A DNA stretch of 64,000 nucleotides from positions 71,289 through 135,288 of the forward strand of contig JBJHBT010000008.1 of NCBI GenBank assembly GCA_050485645.1, in the 5' to 3' direction. This document shows positions 29,075 through 38,713 of the stretch, piece after piece. The position numbers were made by a program, and so were the translations under genes. Below the pieces are notes generated by a model. It was not told the origin of the DNA and made no database searches. It saw nothing but the letters and a program-made list of their open reading frames with translations. The DNA is from Gammaproteobacteria bacterium (GTDB lineage Bacteria; Pseudomonadota; Gammaproteobacteria; Steroidobacterales; Rariloculaceae). Within the stretch, counting starts at the first letter, position 1. Each line of letters opens with the position of its first letter.

Positions 29075-32000
29075 TCAATGTAATCTGTCGAGTTCCCTGA
29101 GCGCCACGGACAAGGCGGAAAAACCGGGCGGTCCTGCGTTGCCAATCTCGTCGAGCAGACGTCGGACACGAACGATCCGTTCGCGGGCGCTGCCCAGCCA
29201 TTGCGCAAGCGCTGCCCTGGGCAGGCTGCGGCCGCGGTTCGCGAGTATGCTCGTCAGCAGTCGGCGATGTTCGCGTGCCAGCGTTTCGCGCAGGGCGCTG
29301 CGCGCGATCGCACTCCAGCGGTCATCCACTTTCAGTGCTTCGATCTGATCGCGCAGCCAGTCCAGTTTCAGGCCGCGGGCCAGCTCGAAGTGCAGCTCAC
29401 CCACCACCCGCACCGGCAGTCTGAGTTCGCGCGCTACTTCGGCGATGTCCAGAACACGGGTGGCCACGGAGAGCGTGGCGATGCGCTGCGCGAGTGTTTC
29501 GGGCAGGCCCAGCTGTACCAGATCCGCGGTTGTGCGCTGCAGCTGGCGGCGCGCTCTGCCGCTGGCCAGTTCCGGCATGGCGGTCAGCACCTCATCGACC
29601 GCGGGCGAGAAACGTCGCACCACGGACGTGATGGTGAGATCGGCGCGATGTCTTTCCAGCAGCCAGTGCACGCTGCGTCTGAGCATGCGGCTGATCTGAA
29701 AGATCGCATCGTACTGGGTTGTGGTTTCTATCCTGCCGTCCAGGCTTTCCACACCTTGCCACAGCCTGCGCACGTCGAATATTTCGCGGGCAATGGCGTA
29801 GGCCCTGGCAATGTCCGCCACCGATGCGCCGGTTTCTTCGGCCACGCGCAGCACGAAGAAGGGCCCCATACGGTTGATCATGCTGCTTGCAATACGCATT
29901 GCGACGATTTCGCGGCGCAGCGGGTGACGTTCCAGCAGGTCGGGGAAACGACGCACGACACGCGCCGGAAAGTAGCTGCGCAGCTCGGAGACAACGAACC
30001 GGTCATCGGGGATGTCGCTGTCCACCAGACTCGCGGTCAGCTGTATCTTTGAGTAGCTGAAGACCACCGCCAGCTCGGGGCGCGTCAGGCCACGCTGCTC
30101 CGCCCGTCGTTCCTCGATCTGCTCGTCGCTCGGCAGCTGCTCGACCTGGCGGTCCAGCAGTCCTTCTCTCTCCAGCAGGCGAATCACGCGTGCGTGTTCG
30201 CCCAGACGTTCGCGCGCACGCGATTCCAGCATCGACAACGCCTGTGTCTGCGCGTGATTGCTGGCCAGTACCGCCGAGGCGATCTGATCGGTCATCGCCG
30301 CCAGCAGACGGTTGCGGTTGTGCAGGCTCAGGCGGGCGTCATTCAGCCCCGGGTTCAGCAGAATCTTCAGATTCACTTCCCGGTCGGAGGAGTCGACGCC
30401 ACCGGAGTTGTCGATGAAGTCGGTGTTGATGCGTCCGCCACGCAGCGCGAATTCGATACGCCCGGGCTGCGTGAAGCCGAGATTGCCACCTTCGGCAACG
30501 ATCCTGCAGCGAAGCTCGCTGCCGTTGACGCGGACGTTGTCGTTTGCCGGGTCGCCCGCGTCGGCATGCGATTCATGCGTTGCCTTCACATAGGTGCCGA
30601 TGCCGCCGTTCCAGAGCAGGTCCGCTGGCGCACGCAGGATGGCGCGTATCAGCTCCGGTGGCGTTACAGCCTCCGCTGTCACGCCGAGCAGTCCGCGTAC
30701 CTCGGCATTGAGCTGTATCGACTTGCTGCTGCGGGCATGGATGCCGCCGCCGGCCGACAGCTTTTCGACATCGTAGTCGTCCCAGCCCGAGCGTGGCAGT
30801 TGCGCAAGCCGCTGCCTTTCGCGGAAGCTGATTTCCGGGTCCGGCGTCGGGTCGATGAAAATGTGGCGGTGATTGAAGGCCGCTACCAGTCGTATCGAAC
30901 GCGAAAGCAGCATGCCGTTGCCGAACACGTCACCGCTCATGTCACCGATACCGATCACGTTGATCGGGTCACTCTCGGCGTCGATGCCGACTTCCCGACA
31001 GTGGCGTTTGGCGGCTTCCCATGCGCCACGCGCGGTGATGGCCATCTTCTTGTGGTCGTAGCCCGTGGAGCCGCCGGATGCAAACGCGTCGCCAAGCCAG
31101 AAGCCATACTCTTGCGCGATGCGGTTGGCGTGATCGGAGAACGTCGCGGTGCCCTTGTCGGCCGCAACCACCAGGTAGCTGTCGTCGCCGTCGCGCGCCA
31201 GCACTCGTTGCGGTCGTACCGTGCGGCCGTCGACGATGTTGTCGGTGACGTCGAGAAGGCCGCGGATGAAGTTCTCGTAGCAGGTAGCCACTTCACGCCG
31301 TGATGCTTCCGCATCATGCTCAGGTAGCCGCTTGCAGACGAAGCCGCCCTTGGCGCCGCGAGGCACGATCACCACATTCTTGACCTGCTGGGCTTTCATC
31401 AGTCCCAGCACTTCGGTGCGAAAGTCCTCGCGCCGGTCCGACCAGCGGATGCCGCCTCTGGCAACACGTCCGCAGCGCAGGTGAACGCCCTCCATGCGCC
31501 GCGAGCAGACGAATATCTCGAACATCGGCCAGGGCCTGGGCAGCTCCGGCACTTTGGATGAGTCGAGCTTGAACGACAGATACGGCTTGCCCTGGCCATC
31601 GGCAAGCTGGAAGAAATTGGTACGCAGCGTGGCATCGACAACAGCCTGGAACGCACGCAGGATCCGATCCTCATCAAGCGTGCTGACCTCGTCCAGTTCC
31701 GCGCGCAGCCGGTTGCTGCTGGCGTTCAGCTGCCGCCGGCGCAGCGATGCCGACGTATCGGGGTCGAAGTGGGCATGGAAGTGATCCACCAGGGTTCGAC
31801 AGAAGCGCGGGTAACGGGACAGCACCTCCTGCATGTAGTCCTGACTGAACGGCAGGCCGGTCTGGAGAATGTAGCGACTGTAGGCGCGGATCAGCGCTGC
31901 TTCGCGCCAGCTCAGGCTCGCGTTGAGAACGAAGCTGTTGAAGCGGTCATTGTCGGTGTCGCCCGCGACCACGCGCGCGAAGCATTCATTGAATCGCTGC

Positions 32001-33877
32001 GTGGTGCTGTCGTCGGGCGTCGTTGCATCCGCTGGCTGCAGGATGAAGTCCTGTATCAGGAGATGATCGGTCCCGGGCCCCAGCGCGAAGGACTGCTCAC
32101 TGACCACCTTCATGCCCATGTTCTCGAGTATCGGCAATGCCTGATACAGCGGGATGGCGCCATTGCGTCGATAAATGCTGAAGCGCCAGGTGACGTCGGC
32201 GGTGGCATCGGACTCGATGTCGCGATGGCTCTGTGACTCCAGATGGGTCTTCAGTTCCTGCTGTTCCTGCAGCATCGCCGCTATCAGCACGATGTCGTCG
32301 GCCGCACGCTCCGCGCCGACCTCATGCCGGTAGATCGCCGGAAACAGTTCTGCATAGCGATGCAGCAACCGTAGTGCGACATCCTCGGGCAGCCGGCTGA
32401 GCAGCGCTTCGCGAACGCGCTCGTTCCAGCCGCGGACGGCCTCGCCGATCTGTTTCTGCAGTGCCGTCGTGTCGGGAGCCGTGTCGGCGCTGTCGGGCGC
32501 CTTGCGAATGGTCACCGCGAGGCGTGCCAGCGTGGACTCGGACAGCGTGACTTCCGTCTCCGCTTCGACGCCGGAGAAACCGTCCTGGAGAATCCGCTCG
32601 ACATGCCTGCGTGTTGCAACGGTATACAGATCGCGCGGCATGTAAACGAGGCATGAGTAGAAGCGTCCGAAGGGATCTCGTCGCCAGAACAGACGCACCC
32701 GGTGGCGCTCCTGAAGTCCCAGAATGCCGAGGCTGATGCGTGTCAGGTCTTCGACGCTGATCTGGAACAGGTCGTCGCGAGGGAATGTATCCAGAATATG
32801 CTGCAGCCGCCTGCCGCGATGACTGCGGTGATCAATGGCGAATCGTGCGAACACCTCATCGACCTTGCGCCTGATCAGCGGCACGTTGCGCGGACGTCTG
32901 TGGTAGGCGTCCGATGTGAACAGCCCGAGGAAACGGCGTTCCGCCACCGGTTTGCCACTGCGCCCGAACACCTTGACGCCGATGTAGTCCAGCCGTGCCG
33001 GCCGGTGCACCGTTGAGCGCACCGCGATCTTGGTAACCACCAGCGGGTTGCCGGAACGCGCCTCATCGCGTGCCACACCGGTCAGCGTAAGGCTCTCCGG
33101 CACGCGCAGTGAGGGCCGCAGGATGCCCAGCCCGGTATCCGGGCGCGGCACCAGCCTGTCCGATCGCGCGCCGCGAACCAGCGACTGCTCGCGATATCCC
33201 AGCAGCGTGAAGTGATCGTCCGCCAGCCAGTCAAGAAACGCGCAGCTCTCTTCGAGCAGGGCATCGGGTTTCGTGCTCCGGGCACGCAGCTGGCTGCTGC
33301 TGTCGCGCAATCTGTCGAGCATCTCGGGCCAGTCTTCGACAGCGCTGCGTACGTCGTTCAGCGTGCCGTGCAGTGCACTCTCGATGTGTTGCAGCACAGC
33401 CGGTTCTGTTTCGCGCGCCACCTCCATGTGGATCAGGGATTCGCGCAGGTGATCGTCCGCCGCTGTTGCCCGCCAGTTCGTCAGGCGGCCGCGACCGTCC
33501 CGTGCGACGTGGATGATGGGATGCAGTGTCAGGTGAATGGCATGCCCGAGTGCGTTCAGCCGCATCGTGATGGAATCGATGAGAAAGGGCATGTCGTCAT
33601 TGACGACCTGCACGACGGTGCGCGGTGAATGCCAGCCGTGCGTGCGCTCGTCGGGGTTGAAGGCACGCACCAGCGCAGTGCCGGGCCTGCGCGTACGTGC
33701 CCAGACCAGGTGGTCGAGCGCCGCGGCGGCGCGGATTCGCGGATCTCCGGCCAGGTCTTCCGCGGATACATGTGCGAAGTACTGCTCGAGAAAGCGGGCC
33801 CGGTTCAGTGGCAGTCTGGCCGGCAGCCGCAGGCCTCGCGCCGCACCGCAGATGTTGCTGATCAATTCGTCACGCAC
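29075..33877 (-). CDS. gdhB: NAD-specific glutamate dehydrogenase, large (about 180 kDa) class
   Basis: 1600-aa ORF. The catalytic core ...GGIRWSDRREDFRTEVLGLMKAQQVKNVVIVPRGAKGGF... is typical of the large bacterial NAD-GDH family. Confidence 0.93.
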   Translation of the reverse strand: MRDELISNICGAARGLRLPARLPLNRARFLEQYFAHVSAEDLAGDPRIRAAAALDHLVWARTRRPGTALVRAFNPDERTHGWHSPRTVVQVVNDDMPFLIDSITMRLNALGHAIHLTLHPIIHVARDGRGRLTNWRATAADDHLRESLIHMEVARETEPAVLQHIESALHGTLNDVRSAVEDWPEMLDRLRDSSSQLRARSTKPDALLEESCAFLDWLADDHFTLLGYREQSLVRGARSDRLVPRPDTGLGILRPSLRVPESLTLTGVARDEARSGNPLVVTKIAVRSTVHRPARLDYIGVKVFGRSGKPVAERRFLGLFTSDAYHRRPRNVPLIRRKVDEVFARFAIDHRSHRGRRLQHILDTFPRDDLFQISVEDLTRISLGILGLQERHRVRLFWRRDPFGRFYSCLVYMPRDLYTVATRRHVERILQDGFSGVEAETEVTLSESTLARLAVTIRKAPDSADTAPDTTALQKQIGEAVRGWNERVREALLSRLPEDVALRLLHRYAELFPAIYRHEVGAERAADDIVLIAAMLQEQQELKTHLESQSHRDIESDATADVTWRFSIYRRNGAIPLYQALPILENMGMKVVSEQSFALGPGTDHLLIQDFILQPADATTPDDSTTQRFNECFARVVAGDTDNDRFNSFVLNASLSWREAALIRAYSRYILQTGLPFSQDYMQEVLSRYPRFCRTLVDHFHAHFDPDTSASLRRRQLNASSNRLRAELDEVSTLDEDRILRAFQAVVDATLRTNFFQLADGQGKPYLSFKLDSSKVPELPRPWPMFEIFVCSRRMEGVHLRCGRVARGGIRWSDRREDFRTEVLGLMKAQQVKNVVIVPRGAKGGFVCKRLPEHDAEASRREVATCYENFIRGLLDVTDNIVDGRTVRPQRVLARDGDDSYLVVAADKGTATFSDHANRIAQEYGFWLGDAFASGGSTGYDHKKMAITARGAWEAAKRHCREVGIDAESDPINVIGIGDMSGDVFGNGMLLSRSIRLVAAFNHRHIFIDPTPDPEISFRERQRLAQLPRSGWDDYDVEKLSAGGGIHARSSKSIQLNAEVRGLLGVTAEAVTPPELIRAILRAPADLLWNGGIGTYVKATHESHADAGDPANDNVRVNGSELRCRIVAEGGNLGFTQPGRIEFALRGGRINTDFIDNSGGVDSSDREVNLKILLNPGLNDARLSLHNRNRLLAAMTDQIASAVLASNHAQTQALSMLESRARERLGEHARVIRLLEREGLLDRQVEQLPSDEQIEERRAEQRGLTRPELAVVFSYSKIQLTASLVDSDIPDDRFVVSELRSYFPARVVRRFPDLLERHPLRREIVAMRIASSMINRMGPFFVLRVAEETGASVADIARAYAIAREIFDVRRLWQGVESLDGRIETTTQYDAIFQISRMLRRSVHWLLERHRADLTITSVVRRFSPAVDEVLTAMPELASGRARRQLQRTTADLVQLGLPETLAQRIATLSVATRVLDIAEVARELRLPVRVVGELHFELARGLKLDWLRDQIEALKVDDRWSAIARSALRETLAREHRRLLTSILANRGRSLPRAALAQWLGSARERIVRVRRLLDEIGNAGPPGFSALSVALRELDRLH

Positions 33878-33905
33878 CGCCGTCTCCCCTGATGTCGGAC
33901 ACCGT

Positions 33906-35009
33906 TCATGGCCGGTGTTCGGTGGCCAGATACTCGCGGCTCTGCATTTCCTGCAGACGGCTGGCGGTGCGCTGGAACTCGTGAGTCAGGCGCGTGCCAC
34001 CGTACAGGTCATGTATCGGTACGGCCGCTGTGAGGATCAGTTTGACGCGCCTGTCGTAGAACTCATCCACCAGCGCAATGAATCGTCGTGCCTCGTTCTC
34101 CAGTGTCGCGTCGAAACGCGGTACGCCCCAGATCAGCACGGTTTGGTAGAGCCTGGAGAGCTCCACGTAGTCGGCCTGGCTGCGGGGGCCAGCGCAGATT
34201 TCGCCAAAATCGAACCAGATCACACCGTCCGCCGTCTTGCGGCACACAACACGGCGGCCCAGCACATCGATATGCCCGTTCCAGACTCCGGCATCGGGTG
34301 CGATCGCATCGAAATACTGCTCCATGCGCAGTTCGGCCTCGTCCGTCAGGGGGGTCTGGTAGACGTCGGTCTTCTCCAGTACCCGCAGCCGATAGTCCGT
34401 TGGCCCGTCCAGATGGACGATGCGGGTGTGTCTTTCGATCAGTTCGATGGCCGGGACGAAGCGCGCACGCTGCAGGCCGTCGCGATACAGATCCTGTGGC
34501 GCGAGATTGGATGTGGCGGTCAGTGTCACTCCACGCTCGAACAGGGCCGCGATCAGATTGCCGATGATCATGGCGTCGGTGATATCGGTGACAGCCAGTT
34601 CGTCGAAGCAGATGATGCGGGTGTCCTGCGCCAGTCGCGCGGCCACGAGCGTCAGCGGATCGCGGTGGTCGCGGACCTGCTGCAACAGTTTGTGTGCGGT
34701 GCCCATGAAGCGATGGAAGTGCAGCCGTCGTTTGTCGCGGAACGGCAGGCAGTCGAAAAACATGTCCATCAGCAGGGTCTTGCCGCGACCAACGCCACCC
34801 CACAGATAGACGCCGCATTCCGGTCCGCGCGCTTTTTTTGACCAGCGCGCCAGCGCACGCGACAGTGCGGGCCGGCGTGGTTGCGCCGCCACCAGATCGT
34901 CATAGAGGCGTTGCAGTTCCGTGACGGCGCGCGCCTGATTCGGGTCGGGGTGGAGCAGACCGTTGTCGAGACGTTCACGATAGGCGGCAAGCGGATTGGT
35001 CGATGACAT
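33906..35009 (-). CDS. zapE: Cell division protein ZapE (AFG1-like ATPase)
   Basis: Walker A YLWGGVGRGKTLLMD and Walker B ICFDELAVTD. ATG 35009 chosen (MSSTNPLAAYRERL). Confidence 0.9.
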   Translation of the reverse strand: MSSTNPLAAYRERLDNGLLHPDPNQARAVTELQRLYDDLVAAQPRRPALSRALARWSKKARGPECGVYLWGGVGRGKTLLMDMFFDCLPFRDKRRLHFHRFMGTAHKLLQQVRDHRDPLTLVAARLAQDTRIICFDELAVTDITDAMIIGNLIAALFERGVTLTATSNLAPQDLYRDGLQRARFVPAIELIERHTRIVHLDGPTDYRLRVLEKTDVYQTPLTDEAELRMEQYFDAIAPDAGVWNGHIDVLGRRVVCRKTADGVIWFDFGEICAGPRSQADYVELSRLYQTVLIWGVPRFDATLENEARRFIALVDEFYDRRVKLILTAAVPIHDLYGGTRLTHEFQRTASRLQEMQSREYLATEHRP

Positions 35010-35126
35010 TGCTGCTATTCTGCCTGATGTTGCATTCCGCGCCTGCATCGCGCCGACAGCCATCCGAAACGGAACCCGGCTGTCTGCGGCCGTGCGGCGG
35101 CGGGCGCCATCCGACCGCGGGCGCCA

Positions 35127-36101
35127 CTACGTACGAAACCGGTTCGCCTTGCCGTTGCCGTCCAGCGGGTCGCTGCCACTGTCATCGCGGTTGTCGTTGT
35201 CGTTGTCGTTGTCGTTGCCATTGCCGATGCCGTCGACGGCGGCCGGCTCATCCGGTGTCGGGAAATCCAGGTCGGGCTCGCCCAGGCGGGCGAGAATCGC
35301 ATGCCGCGACGCCTGCATCAGATTGCGTGCGGTGTCGTGCTGATGCGGATCCAGCGCCGGGCACACATGTACCGAAAGCGATCCGGGTGCGGACAGAAAC
35401 GCGCCCGCCGGCAGCTTCGCCCGGGATCCGCGAATCACCACCGGTATCACCGGCAGTCCGGCACGGAATGCGGCGCCGAACGCGCCGGGGTGGAAGCGGC
35501 GCAGCCCCGGTGGCGCGGCGAACGTGCCTTCCGGAAACAGGGCCAGGGCGTCGCCGTTGCGGGCCGCATGCACCAGCCGCCGTACGATGCGGTTGCGGTG
35601 GGAGCTGTCGCCGCGATTGACGAACTCCGACCCCAGCCGCCGTAGCAGGAACCCTGCCACCGGAAAGTTCGCCATGTCGTGCTTGATCAGGAAAGTGAAC
35701 TGCGGTGGCAGTACCGCAGTGAGAATGATGCCGTCCAGATAGCTGGCGTGGTTGGCGACGACGACGCACACCTGATCGGATGCCAGCTTCTCCCCGGTGA
35801 GCCGGATGGGGCATCCGATCAGCAGGAAGAACAGCTGTGCACCCCGGCGTGCGATTTGTCGCCGGCGGTGCACATCGGGCGCCAGCGCCGCGAGGCAGAT
35901 CACCGGCAGTACACAGGCCAGCAGTGCCAGCCAGGCATAGCTGCCATACACGGCTCTGAACAGGCGGTTGGTTGCGGCAGGTTGCACGGTTATGTCAAAA
36001 CGATCACAGGTTGCGGCCGCGACACAGGTTGTGGCTGCGGGGGGGTCTGTGACTGAATTCTCTTTATGTAAATGGCCGGAACCTTTTGTGAAGCCGGTCA
36101 C
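35127..36101 (-). CDS. Lysophospholipid (1-acyl-glycerol-3-phosphate-type) acyltransferase with an acidic low-complexity C-terminal tail
   Basis: The NHASYLD (HxxxxD) and FPEGT acyltransferase motifs. The tail is ...GNGNDNDNDNDNRDDSGSD. The start codon is uncertain (36101 is the longest option). Confidence 0.75.
   Translation of the reverse strand: MTGFTKGSGHLHKENSVTDPPAATTCVAAATCDRFDITVQPAATNRLFRAVYGSYAWLALLACVLPVICLAALAPDVHRRRQIARRGAQLFFLLIGCPIRLTGEKLASDQVCVVVANHASYLDGIILTAVLPPQFTFLIKHDMANFPVAGFLLRRLGSEFVNRGDSSHRNRIVRRLVHAARNGDALALFPEGTFAAPPGLRRFHPGAFGAAFRAGLPVIPVVIRGSRAKLPAGAFLSAPGSLSVHVCPALDPHQHDTARNLMQASRHAILARLGEPDLDFPTPDEPAAVDGIGNGNDNDNDNDNRDDSGSDPLDGNGKANRFRT
35191..35226. repeat. 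Hexanucleotide tandem repeat (TTGTCG)x4 + TTGCCA + TTGCCG
   Basis: Read directly. On the coding (minus) strand it is (GACAAC)n, giving (Asp-Asn)n inside the acyltransferase tail. Confidence 0.9.
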
Positions 36102-36134
36102 GCGCCCCGCGATGCCGCTGTTTCATACTCGAAT

Positions 36135-36187
36135 CGCACCCGTCACGCACCGTCGGTCATGCACCGCGCACCGTCGGTGATGCACGG
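36135..36187. repeat. Tandem 21-bp direct repeat (2 copies plus a partial one) with a palindromic core, in a divergent promoter region
   Basis: cgcaccgtcggtCatgcac (36146-36164) and cgcaccgtcggtGatgcac (36167-36185), period 21 bp. Core CACCGTCGGTG (36169-36179) is an 11-bp palindrome. A partial copy cgcacccgtca lies at 36135-36145. Confidence 0.8.
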
Positions 36188-36333
36188 TGATGGTGGTGGA
36201 GGATAAGCGCAAAGCGCTGAATTATAGATGAATTCGTTCCATTCGGTGCGGCCGCCTCGCTGTCGACGGAATGGCCGGCGGCAGAACGGATGGCCGCACT
36301 GACGTAAACCGCGAACAAGATTGTCGATTGAGA

Positions 36334-37281
36334 ATGGTTCACAGTTTCTTGCACAAGGACACCGCAACTCGGCCCGTGACGTCTGTCTCCAGCGACCCGA
36401 AACTGTCGATAGACCGTTTTCTGGACGCGATCTGGATGGAACGGGGACTGTCCGACAATACGCTGGGTGCGTATCGGGCGGATCTGCTTGCGCTGAGTCA
36501 GCGGCTGACCTCCCGTGGCGTGGATCTGGTCGACGCCAGTCGCGCCGATCTGCTTGACTACATTGCCTGGCGCGTGGACGGTGGCGCCAAACCTCGATCA
36601 ACCGCGCGGCAGCTGTCCAGCTTCCGTCGCTTCTATCGCTACCTGCTGCGTGAGGGTGCCATCAGCGAGGATCCCACCGCACAGATTGCCATGCCCAAGA
36701 TCGGCCGTGCGCTGCCCCAATCCCTGACCGAAGCTGAGGTGGAATCGCTGCTGTGTGCGCCGGTGGTGTCGGATCCGTTGGGCCATCGTGACAGGGCCAT
36801 GCTGGAAGTGCTGTATGCCACCGGTGTGCGGGTATCGGAGCTGATCAACCTGAAGCTGACCCAGTTGAACCTGAATCAGGGCGTGCTGCGCATCATCGGT
36901 AAGGGTGATCGTGAACGGCTGATTCCACTGGGCGACGAGGCGCAGGGCTGGCTGTCGGAATTCATCGACGGTCCGCGGACAGAGATACTGCTCGAACGCC
37001 AGAGCGACTACCTGTTCCCGACCCGTCGCGGTGATCGCATGACGCGCCAGGCCTTCTGGCACATCATCAAGCGCTACGGCAGGAAATCCGGTATCCACAA
37101 GAAGCTGTCCCCGCATACCGTCCGGCACGCCTTCGCCACGCACCTGCTGAACAATGGCGCCGACCTGCGCGTCGTGCAGCTGCTGCTGGGGCACAGTGAC
37201 GTGTCCACCACGCAGATCTATACCCACGTGGCCCGCGAGCGCATGAAGGATCTGCACAGCCGGCATCATCCGCGCGGCTGA
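36334..37281 (+). CDS. xerD: Tyrosine site-specific recombinase XerD
   Basis: IDRFLDAIWMERGLSDNTLGAYRADLLAL N-terminal domain, and C-terminal HTVRHAFATHLL...LLGHSDVSTTQIYTH with the catalytic Tyr. ATG 36334 chosen. Confidence 0.93.
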   Translation: MVHSFLHKDTATRPVTSVSSDPKLSIDRFLDAIWMERGLSDNTLGAYRADLLALSQRLTSRGVDLVDASRADLLDYIAWRVDGGAKPRSTARQLSSFRRFYRYLLREGAISEDPTAQIAMPKIGRALPQSLTEAEVESLLCAPVVSDPLGHRDRAMLEVLYATGVRVSELINLKLTQLNLNQGVLRIIGKGDRERLIPLGDEAQGWLSEFIDGPRTEILLERQSDYLFPTRRGDRMTRQAFWHIIKRYGRKSGIHKKLSPHTVRHAFATHLLNNGADLRVVQLLLGHSDVSTTQIYTHVARERMKDLHSRHHPRG

Positions 37282-37366
37282 ATCACCACATCTGCTAGAA
37301 TCACTACCGCTTCTTCAGGCCTACAAGCGGGTAGCGTGCCCACGGCGCGTCCCGGGGAGACGCTCA

Positions 37367-38122
37367 GTGTCGTACACGGATTTGCGTTGCGTATTGGCGT
37401 GGTCGGCCACGGTGCTGCTGCTGACCGTATCGGCGGCGGTGTCCGCCGAAGAATCCGCCGCCCCGGTCCCTGTTGATGAACTGGCGGCGCTGCTTCCCGG
37501 CGTGGAACCGGAGGACATCAGCGATGCGCCGGTGGCCGGTTTCTATCAGATCGTGCTCGGTGCGGAGGTCGCCTACGTCAGCAAGGACGGCCGCTACGTG
37601 TTTCAGGGCGAGATCTTCGATCTTCAGCTGGGCGAGAATCTCACCGACAGGACGCGCTCGCAATCCCGTCTCGGTCTGCTCGACGACGTTGATCCGGAAA
37701 CGATGATCGTGTTCTCGCCAGCCAACGGTGATGTGCGGCATTCAATCTATGTGTTCACCGATGTGGACTGTGGCTACTGTCGTCAGTTTCACCGCGACAT
37801 CGACAAAGTCACCGCGCTGGGCATCGAGGTGCGGTACCTGGCGTACCCGCGCGGTGGCGCCGGCACCGACAGCTGGTCCAAGGCCGACACCGTCTGGTGC
37901 GCGGACGACCGTCATCAGGCACTTACCCAGGCCAAGCTCGGCGTGCGCCTGGCCGCCGCTTCCTGCGATGCCACGCCGGTGGACGATCACTTCAACCTGG
38001 GCATACGCGTGGGTCTGCGTGGCACACCGGCGATCTACACGTCATCCGGAGAGCTGATTGGCGGCTATCTGTCGCCCGCGGCGCTGGCCGAGCGGTTTGG
38101 CGGGAATGCGACAACCGAGTAA
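37367..38122 (+). CDS. dsbC: Thiol:disulfide interchange protein DsbC
   Basis: GTG start with a GGGGAGA SD, a signal peptide, and the active site FTDVDCGYCRQFH. Classical xerD-dsbC adjacency. Confidence 0.9.
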   Translation: MSYTDLRCVLAWSATVLLLTVSAAVSAEESAAPVPVDELAALLPGVEPEDISDAPVAGFYQIVLGAEVAYVSKDGRYVFQGEIFDLQLGENLTDRTRSQSRLGLLDDVDPETMIVFSPANGDVRHSIYVFTDVDCGYCRQFHRDIDKVTALGIEVRYLAYPRGGAGTDSWSKADTVWCADDRHQALTQAKLGVRLAAASCDATPVDDHFNLGIRVGLRGTPAIYTSSGELIGGYLSPAALAERFGGNATTE

Positions 38123-38310
38123 CCGCTGACCGTCGCTGCCGACCGCGCCTGCGACAACCGCCGGGGCATGCCTTCAGCTGCCTGCGCGGCCTCAGTCAGT
38201 TCGCCGGGGAAGGTGTCTCACGTCATTGACACAGCGGTTACTCCGTGACGTAAATCACCGTCAGATCCGGTATGTCGTGCACGAGATTCTCGATCAGTAC
38301 GACGTCGCGT

Positions 38311-38409
38311 CAATAGGCCGCCACGGCCAGCAGCACAGTCAGCGGCAGCCACCTGGCCAAGCTGCGCACGCGTAACCGCATTGCGCTGATATCGAACGTT
38401 CTGAACATG
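38311..38409 (-). CDS. Candidate 32-aa hydrophobic small ORF (speculative)
   Basis: AGGGAGG SD 4 nt upstream of ATG 38409. Peptide is MFRTFDISAMRLRVRSLARWLPLTVLLAVAAY. Too short for the supplied ORF track. No homology recognised. Confidence 0.25.
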
Positions 38410-38484
38410 AGGCCTCCCTATCTGGAATCCGGCCTGTGCCTGACTGCGACAGTGGACTGGGGGCAGCACGGGCCGGCGCACTCA

Positions 38485-38571
38485 TGGTGCCGGGAGCGAG
38501 AATCGAACTCGCACTCTGTTGCCAGAACCGGATTTTGAGTCCGGCGCGTCTACCAGTTCCGCCATCCCGGC
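38485..38571 (-). tRNA. tRNA-Leu (anticodon CAA), 87 nt with encoded CCA
   Basis: The reverse complement reads GCCGGGATGGCGGAACTGGTAGACGCGCCGGACTCAAAATCCGGTTCTGGCAACAGAGTGCGAGTTCGATTCTCGCTCCCGGCACCA. It has a 7-bp acceptor stem, anticodon loop CTCAAAA, a long variable arm, and a GTTCGATTC T-loop. Confidence 0.95.
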
Positions 38572-38713
38572 CTGCGTCGTGAGGTCAGCTGCGTCGCAGC
38601 GCCTGCGTGGAGGGCGATACGTTCCGGCCACGCGGCGCGGCACAGTATAGGCGAAGCGCCGCCGGGCAGCACCCGCCGCGACCTTTTCCGCGGCACCGGC
38701 ATCTAAGGAGGCG

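Noticed and set aside
38218-38481. 87-aa minus-strand ORF in the dsbC-tRNA interval.
   Set aside because: Arg/Gly/Ala-rich with no SD and no motif. It is in a different frame from the SD-preceded small ORF, and its start lies only 3 nt downstream of the tRNA 3' end (38485), leaving no room for an SD or promoter.
36334-38571. A tyrosine recombinase near a tRNA gene as the signature of an integrated genomic island or prophage.
   Set aside because: The recombinase is the housekeeping XerD, with the conserved N-terminal domain, the catalytic C-terminus and the classical xerD-dsbC adjacency. It is separated from the tRNA by dsbC. No direct repeat of the tRNA 3' end or phage genes were seen.
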